Counted from the stretch's first letter, positions 51,086 through 64,000 are shown. The stretch is DNA of 64,000 bases from Blasia pusilla (GCA_050084515.1 CM114271.1:9734001-9798000), one strand, 5' to 3'. Notes: generated by a model from the letters alone, not told the origin. Made by a program: numbers and translations.

Positions 51086-52862
51086 ATGGATAATTAGGTG
51101 AAAATCACTTGTGGCAGTCATCTAGCGGCCCTTCCTCAATCAGAAATAGTTTGACCGCAAGCCTGTGAATCTTTCATACCAATGGATGAAAATTTCCTCT
51201 CAGTGCGATTTTCTTTCCAAATTGGAACAATCTTTTTTTCCAAGGATGTTAGGGTGGACGGTATGGAGGATGTTGTAGGTGAGATAGTCCTGCCAATGAT
51301 AGCATGGAAGTATGGAATCTCCTACCTCTAAAAAATGGTCAATACAGAGTTTATGGCTTGCCTCTGAATTCCTGTGTTTCCCAAGTAGACGGTCCGGAAT
51401 TTCCTAGTGCACCGAGCTCTACGTTTGCCACTCCAAGTTCAGTAGATCTGGCATCGACTCCAACTTCACACATTCGTAAGAATGTTGTACTTCATGAAGA
51501 AATTCTGGATGCCGTCAACCTCAGTGGAATTGTCGCACACCAACCGGGTCCTCTGTCTGCCTACTCCTTCCTCTTGCGAGTATCAGGCAATAGTTTGCTG
51601 TCATCTCTACCCTTTAAAATATTCAAGCACATTCTTGTCGACAAGCTGCCACCCACGTACGATGGTAATTGCATTTTTGAGTTGCCTCCACGTGCTGATG
51701 GAGGATGCTTGAAGGGTATGGACAGAAAGTGTGATTGGCATCGATGGTCCAGGCTTCAACGGACTAGAGCTTCAATTCCACATGGTCCTTGGATTGTTTC
51801 TCGCCGCCAATATATTGGAGCCCTTGAGTGTAGAAGTCATGCATGCCCGTATCTAGAGCGCAATGGGCGAGTCAATACGTTGCAATTCCCCCCTAAGAAT
51901 GCAGAACCTTCATATGAGGTCGGTGCGACCATACGGCCAGGAGGCCATTGATGTCCTCATTGTCAGGCATCCCCTTTCTGCGTTGGAGCGTGTCCTGCAT
52001 ACATATTTTTTATTGTGCACGACTTCAGTTCTACGTCGGAGTACACAAGGTTGGCAGTTGATATTGGCTCCCACATTCATCCTGTTACCGGTGCAATTCA
52101 GAGACACATCAAGGAGGATGTGGCAAAGAAAGTGGCCAAGGTATATAGAAACTCTCTGGGATGAAAGCCTAGAGTGATCTAGTCAACAATAGCATCACAA
52201 ATTTGTGAACAACTGCTTGGAATTCTTGGGTAGGGCGAGATCACAGCTGCTGAGGAGAAACAAATCTGGGAAAATCTCACATTTCTCGCTGATCGTGAAT
52301 GCTTCCAGAATTTGCTGCGTCAAATATAGGTACTTGATGGAAAGATGGCTGAAGTGGATGCCATTGCCAGAATCAAGGCCAACTCCAGATTTCCATTTAT
52401 TCAGAGATGGCAGTTCATGGGCCTAGGAGGCAAAGGATCCACGGCTTATGTCTTAAAAATATCAACGACACGGCCGTCAAGTGGCCTCGATCTTACAGAT
52501 CGAATAAGGGAAGGGGAAGATCTTTATGGCAACTCGGTAAGCTTTGATATTTGCTACGGAGTGCTGAATGGATGGTTGACCATGGGTGCTCATGTTTATA
52601 ACCATGTGGAGAAGGGACTCAAAACTATATTTGTCTATGAGGTAAAAGGAGAAGACGTTGGCAGTTTGAAGATGCGTTGGTTACTCTTATTGGAGGTGGT
52701 GAAGGAAAACAACAGGCCACCTCCGGAAATTTATGGATTCATGGCAGAGAATGCACAACTTGGGTGGATTGCTATCAGGGAAGTGTTTTGGACTGGACAG
52801 GTTCAACTAGAGGGGGAACGGTTGGATGCTTTCCATTGGCAACAGTCTGTGACCCGATACAA
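51086..52862 (+). pseudogene. Mutator-like transposase of copy D, 5' half
   Basis: ORFs 51304-51951 and 52345-52950; SFDICY, FMAENA, DAFHWQQS; truncated after VTRY. Confidence 0.85.
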
Positions 52863-53699
52863 ATCTTGGGGGGCTGGTATTCTAGCAAGAGAGAGGAAGA
52901 GAGGAGAGTCTCTCTTAAAAAAAAAGGGCAGAATCCGCCTCCTCTCTTAAATTTTTTTTGACATATTTGAAATTTTTGTTTGCTTTAAAATTCAAGAAAT
53001 CTTTAGAAGAGAGTAGCAAGTGGACCACATTCGAGCCTAAAGTAACCTCCTTTTCCCAGGGGGCGAAAAACAAGTAGACATCATAAGACCACTACAAAAA
53101 TTCCTCCATCACTCTCCATGTGAGCGTAAGTTTCTTCACATTTCTTGTCTCACTCTACAGTAAGCTGTGCCCAGGGGTATTTTTAACTACTCTAACTATG
53201 GTCTCAATAGACTACGGTGCCCTCCAAGGTTTAACTTCTCGGAATATGTGGTTGATATTATGGATTGACATCTCTTCTTGCAAAAGGCATAAAATACTCC
53301 TCAATAAGGGGCAAAAGAAAGGAAAAAGGAAATGCCTTTAAATGATTGTTGACTCTTCTTGCAGAAGGCATCAATACTCATCCATAAGGGGGTTTTCCAC
53401 AACAGAACAAATCGCTCGTCACTCATGGTAGCCTTAGACTTTCATTACATCATTTGATGATGTGGGCTCTTGAATGGGTGCACAAAGTATACCATGGACT
53501 GCTGTGCGTTTGACAACTTAGTTTCACCATTCTCTCTGCCACTGACAAATGTGAACACACAAGACGACAATTGAACCAAAAGATTGATAGTTGTATGGAG
53601 TAAAGAGGAACTGATAAAAAAGAAGAAGTGATTAGACAAGACGAAAATTGAACCAAAAGATATTTAGTGTTAGGAGGAAAGAGGAATTGACGCACCCAT

Positions 53700-55030
53700 G
53701 TCCCTTCATTCAGATCCTAAATCTGAGAATCCGAGAAGCTGCACCCCTCTCAACCCATCGGAATTCGACAGGTTGCAACTCTTGGCGGTAAGAGGAGACA
53801 AAGAGAGGAAGAGAGAAGAGAGGAGGGAGGAGAGAGGAGAGAGGAAGATATTGGCAACCCCTAGGGCTCTTTTGGGTTGAAGAGAGTTTCCGACAGGTTG
53901 AAGAGAGTTTCTGACAGGTTGGAGAGAGGAAAGTTTTGACAAGTTGAAAAGGCAAATTTTTTCCAAAAAAATTTGGTGGTGAAAAAAAATTTTGAAATTG
54001 TTTTTTTTCTATTTTCTTAATCTTTTCAACCCGTCAGAAATCCAATGGGTGGCAACTTATTTGGGTTTTTTTTTATGGTTAAGTAAAAAAACTCATTTTT
54101 TGGAGTTTTTTTTAACGTTTGCAACCCGTCGGAGTCTGACAGGTCGCCATGATGCATAGAAAAAAACCCATCGGACTCCGACGGGTTGCAAATGTTAAAA
54201 AAACCACAAAAAATGAAAAATTTTCCTTAACCCAAAAAATTGCAACACGTCCGATTTCGACGGGTTGCAATAAGTTTCCTCTCTTCCAAAAAAATCTCCA
54301 AAAAAATTACTCATTTATTATCCATAATCTTCATATTTTTTGAAGAGAGATTCAATTTTTGTTTCCTTTTGTGCCTTTTTTTTGAAGAGAGACTCTCCTC
54401 TCTTCCTCTCTTCCTCTCTCCTGCCAGAATACCAGCATGCAACCCGTCGAAATTGGATGGGTTGCACCCCTTGCAAGCAAGCTCACCATAACAAAAGAAG
54501 GATTTTGAGAAGTGATCCCATTCCGCCGTGCATCCCATAAGAATCCAACAGGTTGGGAATCCCAAATGGCAATCCGACAGGTAGTAGGAATCCAACACGT
54601 CTTAGAGAAGAGAAGAAGCTTACGACTGGTTCGACAATAATATGGGAACGAGCCAAAAGTGAAGAAGCCGCCAGAATGCCTCAAAAGTTGGACTAACAGG
54701 GAAAGAGTCCGAACACTCAAGCAGCCAACTTGTCGGATTCTGAAATCTGATGGGTTGCAAAATAAACAGTGTGCGTAGATAGACCAACACAATCGATAGG
54801 ACCAAAAAAGATATTCAACAAGCTTTTACAAACACCATCATGGATTGAAAACTTCTTGTCCTTTATTACATCCGAGGGAAGCTCGGAAATGTACATTTTA
54901 TCTAGTCTATGATTTCTTCAGCCTCGTCATCTACAAATCTACTCCTAACTCTCCTAGGTTCCTGTACAAAAGGAATATCATGGGATACAAGTGGCTCCTC
55001 TGGCTGATTGTGGATGTGGATCAAAATTTT
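53700..55030. mobile_element. Subterminal fragments of the MULE-like family (GA/CT tracts, palindromes, reversed pieces of the third ORF)
   Basis: 53785-53940 resembles 9192-9310; 54575-54690 and 54800-55030 are reverse homologs of 21150-21260 and 21425-21655. Confidence 0.65.
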
Positions 55031-55425
55031 GAGGTGCGGTAAGAGGAGAGGTAGAGAGGAAGAGAGGAGAGAGGAAACTACCTTCAACCGAAATAGATAC
55101 TTTTTTTTAAGAGAGTTTCCGTTGGGTTGAAGAGAGGAAAATTTTTGTTTGAATTTTTTTGCACTTTTTTGTTCATATATTAAGCAGTCCCACAGTTTTT
55201 TTTTCCTCTTCCATATTTTGGCAACCCCTCTGAGTCCGACGAGTTGCAAATTGCACAATATTTAGAAAACGGAAAAATCAGTGGAATCATAAGTGTGGAA
55301 CCAATCACTTTTTCCATCCAAGTTCCGGAAAAAATCTATCATTTGCCCCAGGCTAAATAGAGTTCAAGCTCAAAGTGAAGGTTCAGGAAAAATAAAAGTA
55401 CAATCTAAAACCTCATTTTGCATCC

Positions 55426-58400
55426 TCAAAGTGGTTTGTTTAAAATACTTCGCACTTCTTTTAGGGACAGAATTGGTTGGTGGATTCCTACTCCTACCTC
55501 CGACTCTCTTAAAACTACCAGCAACACATAGTACATGTGCTTACAAGGGAAATACCTTTTTCCACTTGTCTCTCTTTGGACAAAGTCATCACATGAACAT
55601 GTGGGAAAGCAACAGATGTGCACCACATACACCCCTGTGACACTTGAATTTGAGTGTTGTTCTCGACCCAATACATCCTTCCTATTCCATTGCCACTCAA
55701 GACATCTTTCGTGGCGATGATCTCCATTTTTGCCTCCCGAGCTGATGCAATTCGCTTTGCTCTCTCCACCGTTGGCCTACACATTCTGTTTCTCTTCACC
55801 TCATTTCTAGACTCAAACAGAAATAATGGATTGAGATCATCCACCTTCTCCGGGTACATGTTGACATCAATCTTGGGTTGAATACAAAATACGAAGGTCT
55901 ATGTAATGGGAACATGCTCCGAACTTCCCCCGTCTACGAGTCTGAAACCGGCACTTGTAAGATTGTCCACTTCGTCTTGAGTGCAGTTTGAGCGATGGGC
56001 CAAATCGTGGGGGTATTCCCCGGAGCTCCAATTGCAGCCGGATAAGACTTTTGGAAAGCGCAAGATTCATTTGGGCAGAAGAAGTACTTCAATTGATCCC
56101 CGGTCCTCGTGAAACAATCAATGATCCCCGGACCTCGTGAAACGATCAAAGGTTTTGAGTCCCCAAAACCCAAGCAGTGGTCGTCCAGTCCTTGTACAGT
56201 TCTTATTTAGGAAAGTGCCGCATGCTCTCCTAATGCCATCATATCCTGCCCTGCAGGTGAGTCCACGTCCTGGGTTGCTCCGAGATATATGCCACCGTTT
56301 TAGGTTGCAATCCACCTCCATTAACGGAATCCCATATTGTTGAACCACCCCAGTGACAGGATGTTGCGAACTTCCAGCAACGGAGGGCTTTTGAAATAAA
56401 ACATTCACTGATTTTGGAGAAGTAACTCCATCATGGATTTGGGACGGGTCCGGGGTCCCCAAATACCTGGGCGGCGTAACTTCCTCATCCAAATCAATCA
56501 CCGGATTCGTTCCTCGATGCTGCCTCTTCACTTGCCTGAAGTCAAGATACTTATCTGGTCTCCACGAGTCTCGCTGATCGCTTCTCTACCACCATCTCAG
56601 ATGGGACATCTTGAAACCCGCCCACGAATATCCCCACCAATGTGTACGTCTTGCTCGAGTGGAGTTCCTGCTACGCACCGGTTGAAGGCTTCCACATACA
56701 TTTTTTCATCACCAGATCTCACAGCCGCCTTGACATAGAGCTCGTAGATCGATGGCCCCTTTCCTTTTGTTATGCCTTTAGTGAGGAAGATATGGGATGC
56801 TGCAGACTATAGCATTTTTCTTGCCTGGTCTTGTTGGCATGCCTCTTCAAGTGAAATTCATTGGCATGCTTGTGACGACCTCCAAGAGAAATGAACACTT
56901 TATGCTCCACTTGTGTTGGGGCAGAGGGCATTCTCATGAACGTTCAATCCCTACAACGACGGCAATGTTAGAAGGGAACGAAAATAACTCAGGAGTCAAA
57001 GAAATAAGCGACCTGTCGGATCCAGATGTGTTGCACGCCCGAGGCATCCCATGAACGACTCTGCGACCCGTCGGGTCCCGACGTGTTGTAACCTTAAACC
57101 CACCTACTGCAACCCGTCGGAACCGGACGGGTTGCAAGGCCGAGGCATCCCATGAATGACTCTGTGACCCGTCAGGTCCCGACGGGTTGCACACTTGGGT
57201 TGCACCAAAAATCTGGATGCAACCCGTCGGTTTCCGTCGGGTTGCACACTCGGGCAACCCGTCGGTTTTCGTCAAGTTGCACACTCGGGCAACCCGTTGC
57301 ATCCGACAGCTTGCTTGGTTTCTTGGGTTTGAAATCCATATAGCTCCCATGCTTCTCACCCTGAGCTACAACTTTAAAAACAATTCTCTGCGTGAGCTTG
57401 ACAAGAAAAAATAGTGAACTCACCTGCCGCATGAAGTTTCCCCATTGTCTCATACGTACAGTCCACCAACTCAACCAAGAGCACAACTCTTTGTACTTCC
57501 CCTCAATCGCATGCTTCCTCCACCACCCATGAAGTTCTTCCTGGCATTCCATGGCCTGCTTCAAGGTTTTGTTGTCCTTGCAGCGTTGGAGTAGAGTGAC
57601 ATGCTCTGTCCTCTTATTCTCCTTGATGCAAGATTTGGTGTACCGGGTCACAAACTGTTGCCAATGGAAAGCATCCAACCTTTCCCTCTCCGGTTGAACC
57701 TCTCCACCCCAGAACACTTCCCGGATAGCAATCCACCCAGGTTGTGCATTGTCTGCCATGAACCCATAAATTTCCGGAGGTGGCCTTTTGTTTTCCTTCA
57801 CCACCTCCAATAAGAGTTACCAGCACATCTTCAAACTGCCAACGTCTTCTTCCTTTACTTCACAGACAAATATAGTTTTGAGTCCCTTCTCCACATGGTC
57901 ATAAACGTGAGCACCCATCGTCAACCATCCGTTGAGTACTCTGTAGCAAATATCAAAGCTTACCTAGCTGCCGTAAAGATCTTCCCCTTCCCTCATTCGA
58001 TCTATAAGATCGAGGCCACTCGACGGACCTGTGGTTGACATTTTGAAGACATAGGCCCTGGATCCCTCGCCTCCTTGGCCCATGAACTTCCATCTCTGAA
58101 TGAATGGAAATCTGGAGTTGGCCTTGATTCTGGCGATGGCATCCATTTCGGCCGTCTTTCCATCCAGAACTCGTATTTGACGCATCAAATTCCGGAAGCA
58201 TTCAGGATCAACGAGAAATGCAAGATTTTCCCAGAGTTGTTTCTCCTCAACCGCCGTGATCTCGCCCTGTCCAGGGATTCCAAGCAATTGTTCACAAATT
58301 TGTGATGCCGTTGTGAGCTTGATCACTCCGGGCTTTGAACCCGGAGAGTTTCTGTAGACCTCGACAACTTTCTTCGCCACATCCTCCTTGATGTGTCTCT

Positions 58401-59433
58401 GAATTGCATCGGTCACAGGATGAGTGTGGGAGCCAACATGAACTGCCAGCCTTGTGTACTCTAACGTGGAGCCCAAGTCGTGGACAATGAAAAATATGTA
58501 TGCAGGACACGCCCAACGCAGGAAGGGCGATGCTTGACAATGAGGACATCGATGGCCTCCCGGCGGTATGGTGGCACCGACCTCGTATGGAGTTTCTGCA
58601 TTCTTGGGAGGGAATTGCGACGTATTGACTCGCCCGTTGCGCTCTAGATATGGGCATGTTGGACTTCTACACTCCAAGGCTCCCACGCATTGGAGGCGGG
58701 AGACAATCCAAGGACCATCTGGAATTGAAGCACTAGTCCGTTGAAGCCTGCACCATCGATGACAATCAGACTTTTTGTCCATACCATTCAGGCGTCCTTA
58801 ATCTTTCTTTTGAGTAGGAGCAGCAAGTGGAGGCAACTCAAAAATGCAATTACCATCATACGTGGGCGGCAGCTCGTCGACAAGAATGTGTTTGAACATT
58901 TTCAAGGCCAGAGACGAAAGCAAACTATTGCCTGATACTCGCAAGAGGAACGAGTAGGCGGATAGAGAGCCTGGTTGGTGTCCGACAGATCCACTGAGGT
59001 TGATAACATCCGGAATCTCTTCAAGAAGAACATTGATACGAGCGTGTGAAGTTGGAGTCGAAGCCGGATCTGCAAAGCTTGGAGTTGCAAACGTAGATCT
59101 CGGAGCACTAGGAAATTCTAGACCTTCTACTTGGGAAACAGACGAATTCAAGGGCAGGCCGTAAACTCTGTATTGACCATTTGCTAGAGGTAGGAGATTC
59201 CATACTTTACGGTGTGAGGTCGCTGGCTGGACCGTCTCACCTATTATATCTTCCGTACCGTCCACCCTAACATCTTTGGATACAAAGATGGTTCCAATTT
59301 GGAGAAGAAATGGAACAGACGGAAAATTTTCATCCACTGCTATGAAAGACTCACGAGCTCAGGGTCGAATGATTTCTGGTTGAGGAAGGGCCGCCTGATG
59401 ACTGCCACAAGTGAGCTTCACATAATTATCCAT
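55426..59433 (-). pseudogene. Full-length Mutator-like transposase (GCM-like, DDE, Cys cluster, SWIM), ~1170 codons, intron 56951-57423
   Basis: ORFs 58798-59337, 57964-58782, 57172-57810, 56118-56531, 55515-55859, 55426-55671; CSCDDFVQRETSGKRYFPCKH SWIM; DAFHWQQ; the catalytic Glu codon is TAA here. Confidence 0.88.
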
Positions 59434-60640
59434 TCCCACAAATTTTGTACGGGAGGAGGGTGAGAATGAGAATGAGAATGAGAATTTTTAATTTATAGTG
59501 AATAGGAAAACAGATACTCCTGACAGAATTTTACTGACAAGATGAATTCGGTAGGTGACATTGTCTGACACAATGGATCCAATTCTGTTGCAACACATTC
59601 AATTCTGTTGCAATGTGTCACCGGATTTGGGAAGCAGAGACGTGGGTTGCGAAGCACACTTCATTTTGTTGGAACCCGTTGGAGTCCTGGTAACTCAAAA
59701 ATTTCCACAAGCTAACCGAAGCTTGCAACCCGTCGGCTTCGGACGGGTTGCACGCTTCTTCCAAACATGGTCGAAGTTGGCAACCCGTCGCTCTCCGACA
59801 AGTTGCTTGGATATCGCTCCTTCTTGCCCGAAGATGCCGGAGGCGTGCCAACCGTCTGTTCCCGACGAGTTCCGCACCTATTTGCCCAAAGAGGGCGAGG
59901 CGTGCAACCCGTCGCCCTCCAACGGGTTGCGCAAGGGCCTCGCCTTGTGGTGCTTACATGAAGTGTGCAACCTGTCGGACTCCGACAAGTTGCGCGGGAA
60001 GCCCGTGTTCTTAACCCTTGACGAGGGAAGCGTGCAACACGACGGTCTCCGACGGATTTCCTGGGTACGCCCTGTTCCCGTCCCAAACACAGCAGAGGCG
60101 CGCAACATGTCGGTCTCCGACGGGTTGCACGGGTAACTCGCGTTCTTATCCGAAGACGACGGAGGCGCTCAACCCGTCGGTCTCCGACGGGTTGCTCGCG
60201 CACGTGGCGACGTACCCAGGACGGCGGAGGCGCGCAACCTTTCAGACTCCAACGGGTTGCCATTTTTCATCTCCGGACTTCCGTAACCTTTGGCACGTCG
60301 CCATCGAACGGACGACGGGACCCAACGGTCAGCCCAACGGCTAGAAAAGTATAAATAGGGCAGAAATCGCTCATTTCTGGTTTCTCATTTTGTGATCTCC
60401 ATTCCTCACTCTCCGGCGCAGCAGCTAATCAGATACCAAGGGGCGTTTCACACGGCGAGTCATCGCGAGTCAATACGAGGGAACGAGAGCGAGATGGTTC
60501 GACCGAACAAGAGCGAGACGGTTCGACCGAACGATCGCGAGACGATTCGAGCTACCCATCAAGGCGACTCATCTCGACATCAGCAAGGCGACTGATCAAG
60601 CGATTCATCATGGACATAGGTGGAGGCATTTCCGGGAAAA
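59434..60640. promoter_or_regulatory. Divergent promoter region of copy E with palindrome cluster
   Basis: TATAAATA 60350-60357; (GAGAAT)n ~59462-59485; palindromes at 59672-60260; 22-bp tandem GAGACGGTTCGACCGAAC units at ~60490-60550. Confidence 0.65.
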
Positions 60641-63600
60641 ATGACGAGGAAAAAATCACAAGCCAACAAGTCTGGGAGCTTCACTCCAAAGTCCATTAGG
60701 ACTCCTGGGTCAGCATCTCCAGGGCCTCGTTCGGCGAATGAAATTAGGCAGTAGGAAATCGAGGAGCGGGAAAGGGAAGTGGAGATGCACAACCAGGAGC
60801 TTCTTGCGAGACGTGTTCAAGAGGCGCTCGATAAACAGAACGCATAGGCTGAGACGTCGCAGGCCTTGAAGAAAAGGATCGCCGAGGAAAAGAGAGAAAA
60901 GAAGCGTCTAGACGCGTCGGTGAGGAGAGCAAAATTGGCTAAAGCGAGGAGGGAAAAAGCGATAGCCATTGACGACAGCCCTGCACGTCCAACCAAAAGT
61001 GTTGAGATGCAGGAAATGTCCCCGATGAAGTCCGGGGACATAATCAACATAGCGGAAACGCCAGAAGTTCAAATCACGGACGATGAGGTCATGAGGACCG
61101 CCAGCGTGGAGATGGTGGACATTGCCGAAGAAGCCGGAGAGCGGTCATTCTCGTCTCCAAGCCCGGCAGAAGACATCGACCTCTATCGGATTGACGAGTT
61201 CCCGGTCGATTTTCCAGCTTCTGTCTCAGACAAGTTGGCTGGTCAAGAAATCGACCCAATTTTCGATCGGGTAAGAGAGGATCTGGGTTTTTTGAATTAT
61301 GTGAATTGCAATTCATTGGGAATTCAGTGTAGCTTATTGATCTTGTCCCAGTTCTGACAGGCGGTAAAGCAGATGGCACTGATGGAGGGCCACAATGCCC
61401 CGAGGATTCCACTCTGCCGATTGCGGACAATGGAATACGTCCGCGAAATTTAGTCCGACGAGGACATCGCGAAGCTTGAACAATCGGCGGCGATAGCATC
61501 CTACGTTGACAGCTTTCCTCCCTTCTATGTTCAGCCTAACGACGAGCATGGAACCCAAGCCCTGGTTACAGAGGAGGACTTGGATAAGCTCGACACATTC
61601 TGGAGGATGAAAGACCAGGATTTCAGAAGGCAAGTAGAGGGCACGGAATTCAGCTGGATGAGGAATTTATATTTCTTCATAGGTTCATGGCGTGGACCAA
61701 GTTTGCAGAGGAGCGGCCCAACTCCTTGGAGGCACATTTTTGCGTGAAGGCAGTGGTCCTTCATCCATTCCCTCATCACAAGGCGACGGTGGAGATGGCA
61801 ATGCATGCCATGAACACGTACGTATCTTCTTGCTGCAAACCGTCAGACTCTGACAAGTTGTTTGGGTCGGCACGGTTGATGGGATGCTTTTGGCCAAACG
61901 GAACTCGTCTGACTCTGACGAGTTGCTCGATTGATGAATGGGTTAGGTTTTTGTTTGCCGAAAGCAACTCGTCGGACTCCTACGAGTTGCTCGACTCGAC
62001 GCTTTTTCAAGATGTTTTTTGAAGAATGCAACTCGTCGGACTCCGACGAGTTGTTCGACTGACCAAAGATTTAATAAGTTTTTGGCCCAAAGCAAACCGT
62101 CAGAGTCCGACTGCTTGCTTGACTCGCCGCCTTTTCAGGATGTTTTTTGAAGAATGCAACTCGTCGAACTCCGACGAGTTGTTCGACTGACCGCATGTTT
62201 AGTATGTTTTTTGCCCAAAGCAACCCATCGGAGTCCGACGGGTTGCTTGACTAGAAACTGTTTTTGGCCGAAATCAACTCGTCGGAGTCCGACGGGTTGC
62301 ATTCGGAAGTTGGTTTAGCAAATTTCACGTCAAATTCCAAGTTTCCATTCAATTGCGCAACCTGTCAGACTCTGATGGGTTGCTATGTTCACGTTAGTAT
62401 GTTCAATTGCACAACCCGTCGGAGTCCGACGGGTTGAAACCAGGCATTAGCAAATCTGAATGCAATCCGTCGGACTCCGACAGGTTGCATCATTTAGCTC
62501 GTTCCTAGAATCCGACCTTGAGCTGTGACGACCCGTCAGAGTCCGACGGGTTGCAGGAACCCATGTAATTTTCTGACAGGTTGAGTTTGGATGTGCAGGA
62601 TTGTATTGGAGGGGAGTGTCACCCACCACTGGATCCAGGACTGCAATCGGGTGAAGAAGGTGCTTACGATGCACCCGGGAGAGCACAAGGGGTTCTTGGG
62701 CGATGCCCTTGTAAATCAGATGCTTGCAAAGGGTGATCACATAAAAAAAGAAAACTTGGGCAAATAAGTTTATTTCCCAAGATGCAGCCGTAACCATCCT
62801 TTTCTGGTCGAAGATACAAGCCGCGAAGAAGAGCGCCTGACCGAGCCGAGCGGAGGGAGAAAGTATCTGGGTCTGAGCGCGCGGAATTCATCCAAGCTGC
62901 ATTATCTGCAGCCACGAAATACACGGCGAGCAAGATGCAACAATACATCAGCATTCTCAACCCCGAACTTGGTCCGGAGTTCTACAAGGAGCTGAAGGCG
63001 ATTATCAAGCGCCAGCGGAAAAGGGATGAAGATCTGCAAGGTCCGATTGGGGAGAAAGTCTCCCTGGATTGCGTGCATCGGTTTGCGTTGTCCGGCATAA
63101 GCGAGTTTAGGAGGATCCAACTGATGAAAATCAGTCTCGAGGGCACAGAGGCCCAGAAGAGGGCGGCACACCATCCTCCGGGTGTGTCCGATCCAGTGAT
63201 CTCCCACTGGCTACGCGAATGGTCATTGTGGGACGCGTTGCGGGTTATCGGGAAGTTTGTGCTGGACGGTCTGCAAGTGGAGCTCAAAAGATTAGAGCCC
63301 ATTCCGGATGAAGCAAACCTGGAAAGTTCTGTAGATTTCGAGGTTTGGCTCGATGACATCCAGGACAAGCCAATCAAAAACCCAGGATTCAAGACAATGT
63401 TCAAGGTTTGCGTCCTCCCTCAGGCAGAGCTTGACGAAGAAATCGAGGGGAACAAACGGGATCAAGCAAAGAAGAAGCGAGATCTACAGGTGCAGACGAC
63501 CGATTGAGTTCGAGTAAAAGCTGCTCAACGGATGGTCTTCAGGTACTTCGTCCAGTGTAAGAATGCAGGTACCTGGAGAAAATTACCGGCAGCCTTGAAG

Positions 63601-64000
63601 TTGTGGGCTTCGCCGCCTGATGGAGAGACATTCTCCATGTACGACATGGAGATGGGGCAACACATGTCTGATTGGGAGGTGGAGAATTGCCCCATTTGGC
63701 TTGACTTCAACGACCCTGAAGACATCATCGATAAGGATTTATGAGTGCTTCATGATGCAGTGGCCTCAGGACAAGACGACATCCCCAATTTTGTGTAGCC
63801 TGAAGACTTCTTCGGAGGAGATGCAGAAGAGCAAGCCCACGAGACAGTTGAGTTGGCTTCCAAGGTCCGCACAGCCAAAGACAAATCCACAATGGGTCTC
63901 AAAGGCAAGGCGAGGGGAGGGAAAAATTCCGAGGCCGAGTCTTCCCAAAGAGAGGCTGAAGATTCAAGGCCAGAGGTGGAATCGTCCGGGCGAGCGGGGA
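60641..64000 (+). pseudogene. Gene B of copy E, exons 1-3 (introns 61271-61360 and 61818-62598)
   Basis: ATG at 60641; GT-AG introns; 16-nt deletion at ~61680 removes WDGNH; stops; last bases overlap the sequence at 19091 onward. Confidence 0.87.
61834..62555. repeat. Phased palindrome array in gene B intron 2
   Basis: About twelve copies; exact 64-bp period at 61900, 61964, 62028, 62092, 62156, 62220. Confidence 0.95.

Larger units (their letters stand above)
46080..52862. mobile_element. MULE-like element copy D (divergent subfamily, opposite orientation, truncated at both ends)
   Basis: Gene B on minus and transposase on plus; same intron positions and palindrome, different spacer sequences. 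Confidence 0.9.
55031..64000. mobile_element. MULE-like element copy E, the most complete copy; runs off the window
   Basis: Putative terminus GAGGTGCGGTAAG at 55031; full transposase, promoter and gene B exons 1-3. Confidence 0.92.

Noticed and set aside
53146-53700. Short direct repeats (53263-53310 with 53344-53391; 53560-53584 with 53637-53661)
   Set aside because: Local duplications in unassigned AT-rich DNA; no supportable function
56091-56150. 28-bp tandem duplication in the transposase (similar events at ~15880 and 44583-44650)
   Set aside because: Copy-specific slippage mutations that break the frame

Overview
Eukaryotic, intron-containing, entirely transposon-derived DNA; the element types suggest a plant, probably a non-seed plant (inference). 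No intact host gene is visible. The main component is six nested, truncated or rearranged copies of one large (about 11-12 kb reconstructed) Mutator-like DNA element. It has two divergently transcribed spliced genes. Gene A is a MULE DDE transposase with a GCM/WRKY-like N-terminal zinc domain and a C-terminal SWIM finger. Gene B encodes an accessory protein of about 1200 aa with a ParB/Srx-like WDGNHR motif and a C-terminal beta-class N4/N6 DNA methyltransferase-like fold with degenerate catalytic motifs. There may be a short third gene ending FVDDEAEEIID. The element's introns, promoter and ends carry dozens of a 27-bp palindrome, GCAACCCGTCG-N5-CGACGGGTTGC, in places at a strict 63-64 bp period. 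Three Ty3/gypsy families are inserted among these copies: an Athila-like family with a tRNA-Asp PBS and an extra 3' ORF (two elements plus an LTR fragment), a chromovirus (truncated element plus a solo LTR with an AAAGC target-site duplication), and a third non-chromo gypsy. All coding copies carry stops, frameshifts or deletions. Domain calls come from motif recognition by eye and need HMM or structure confirmation.
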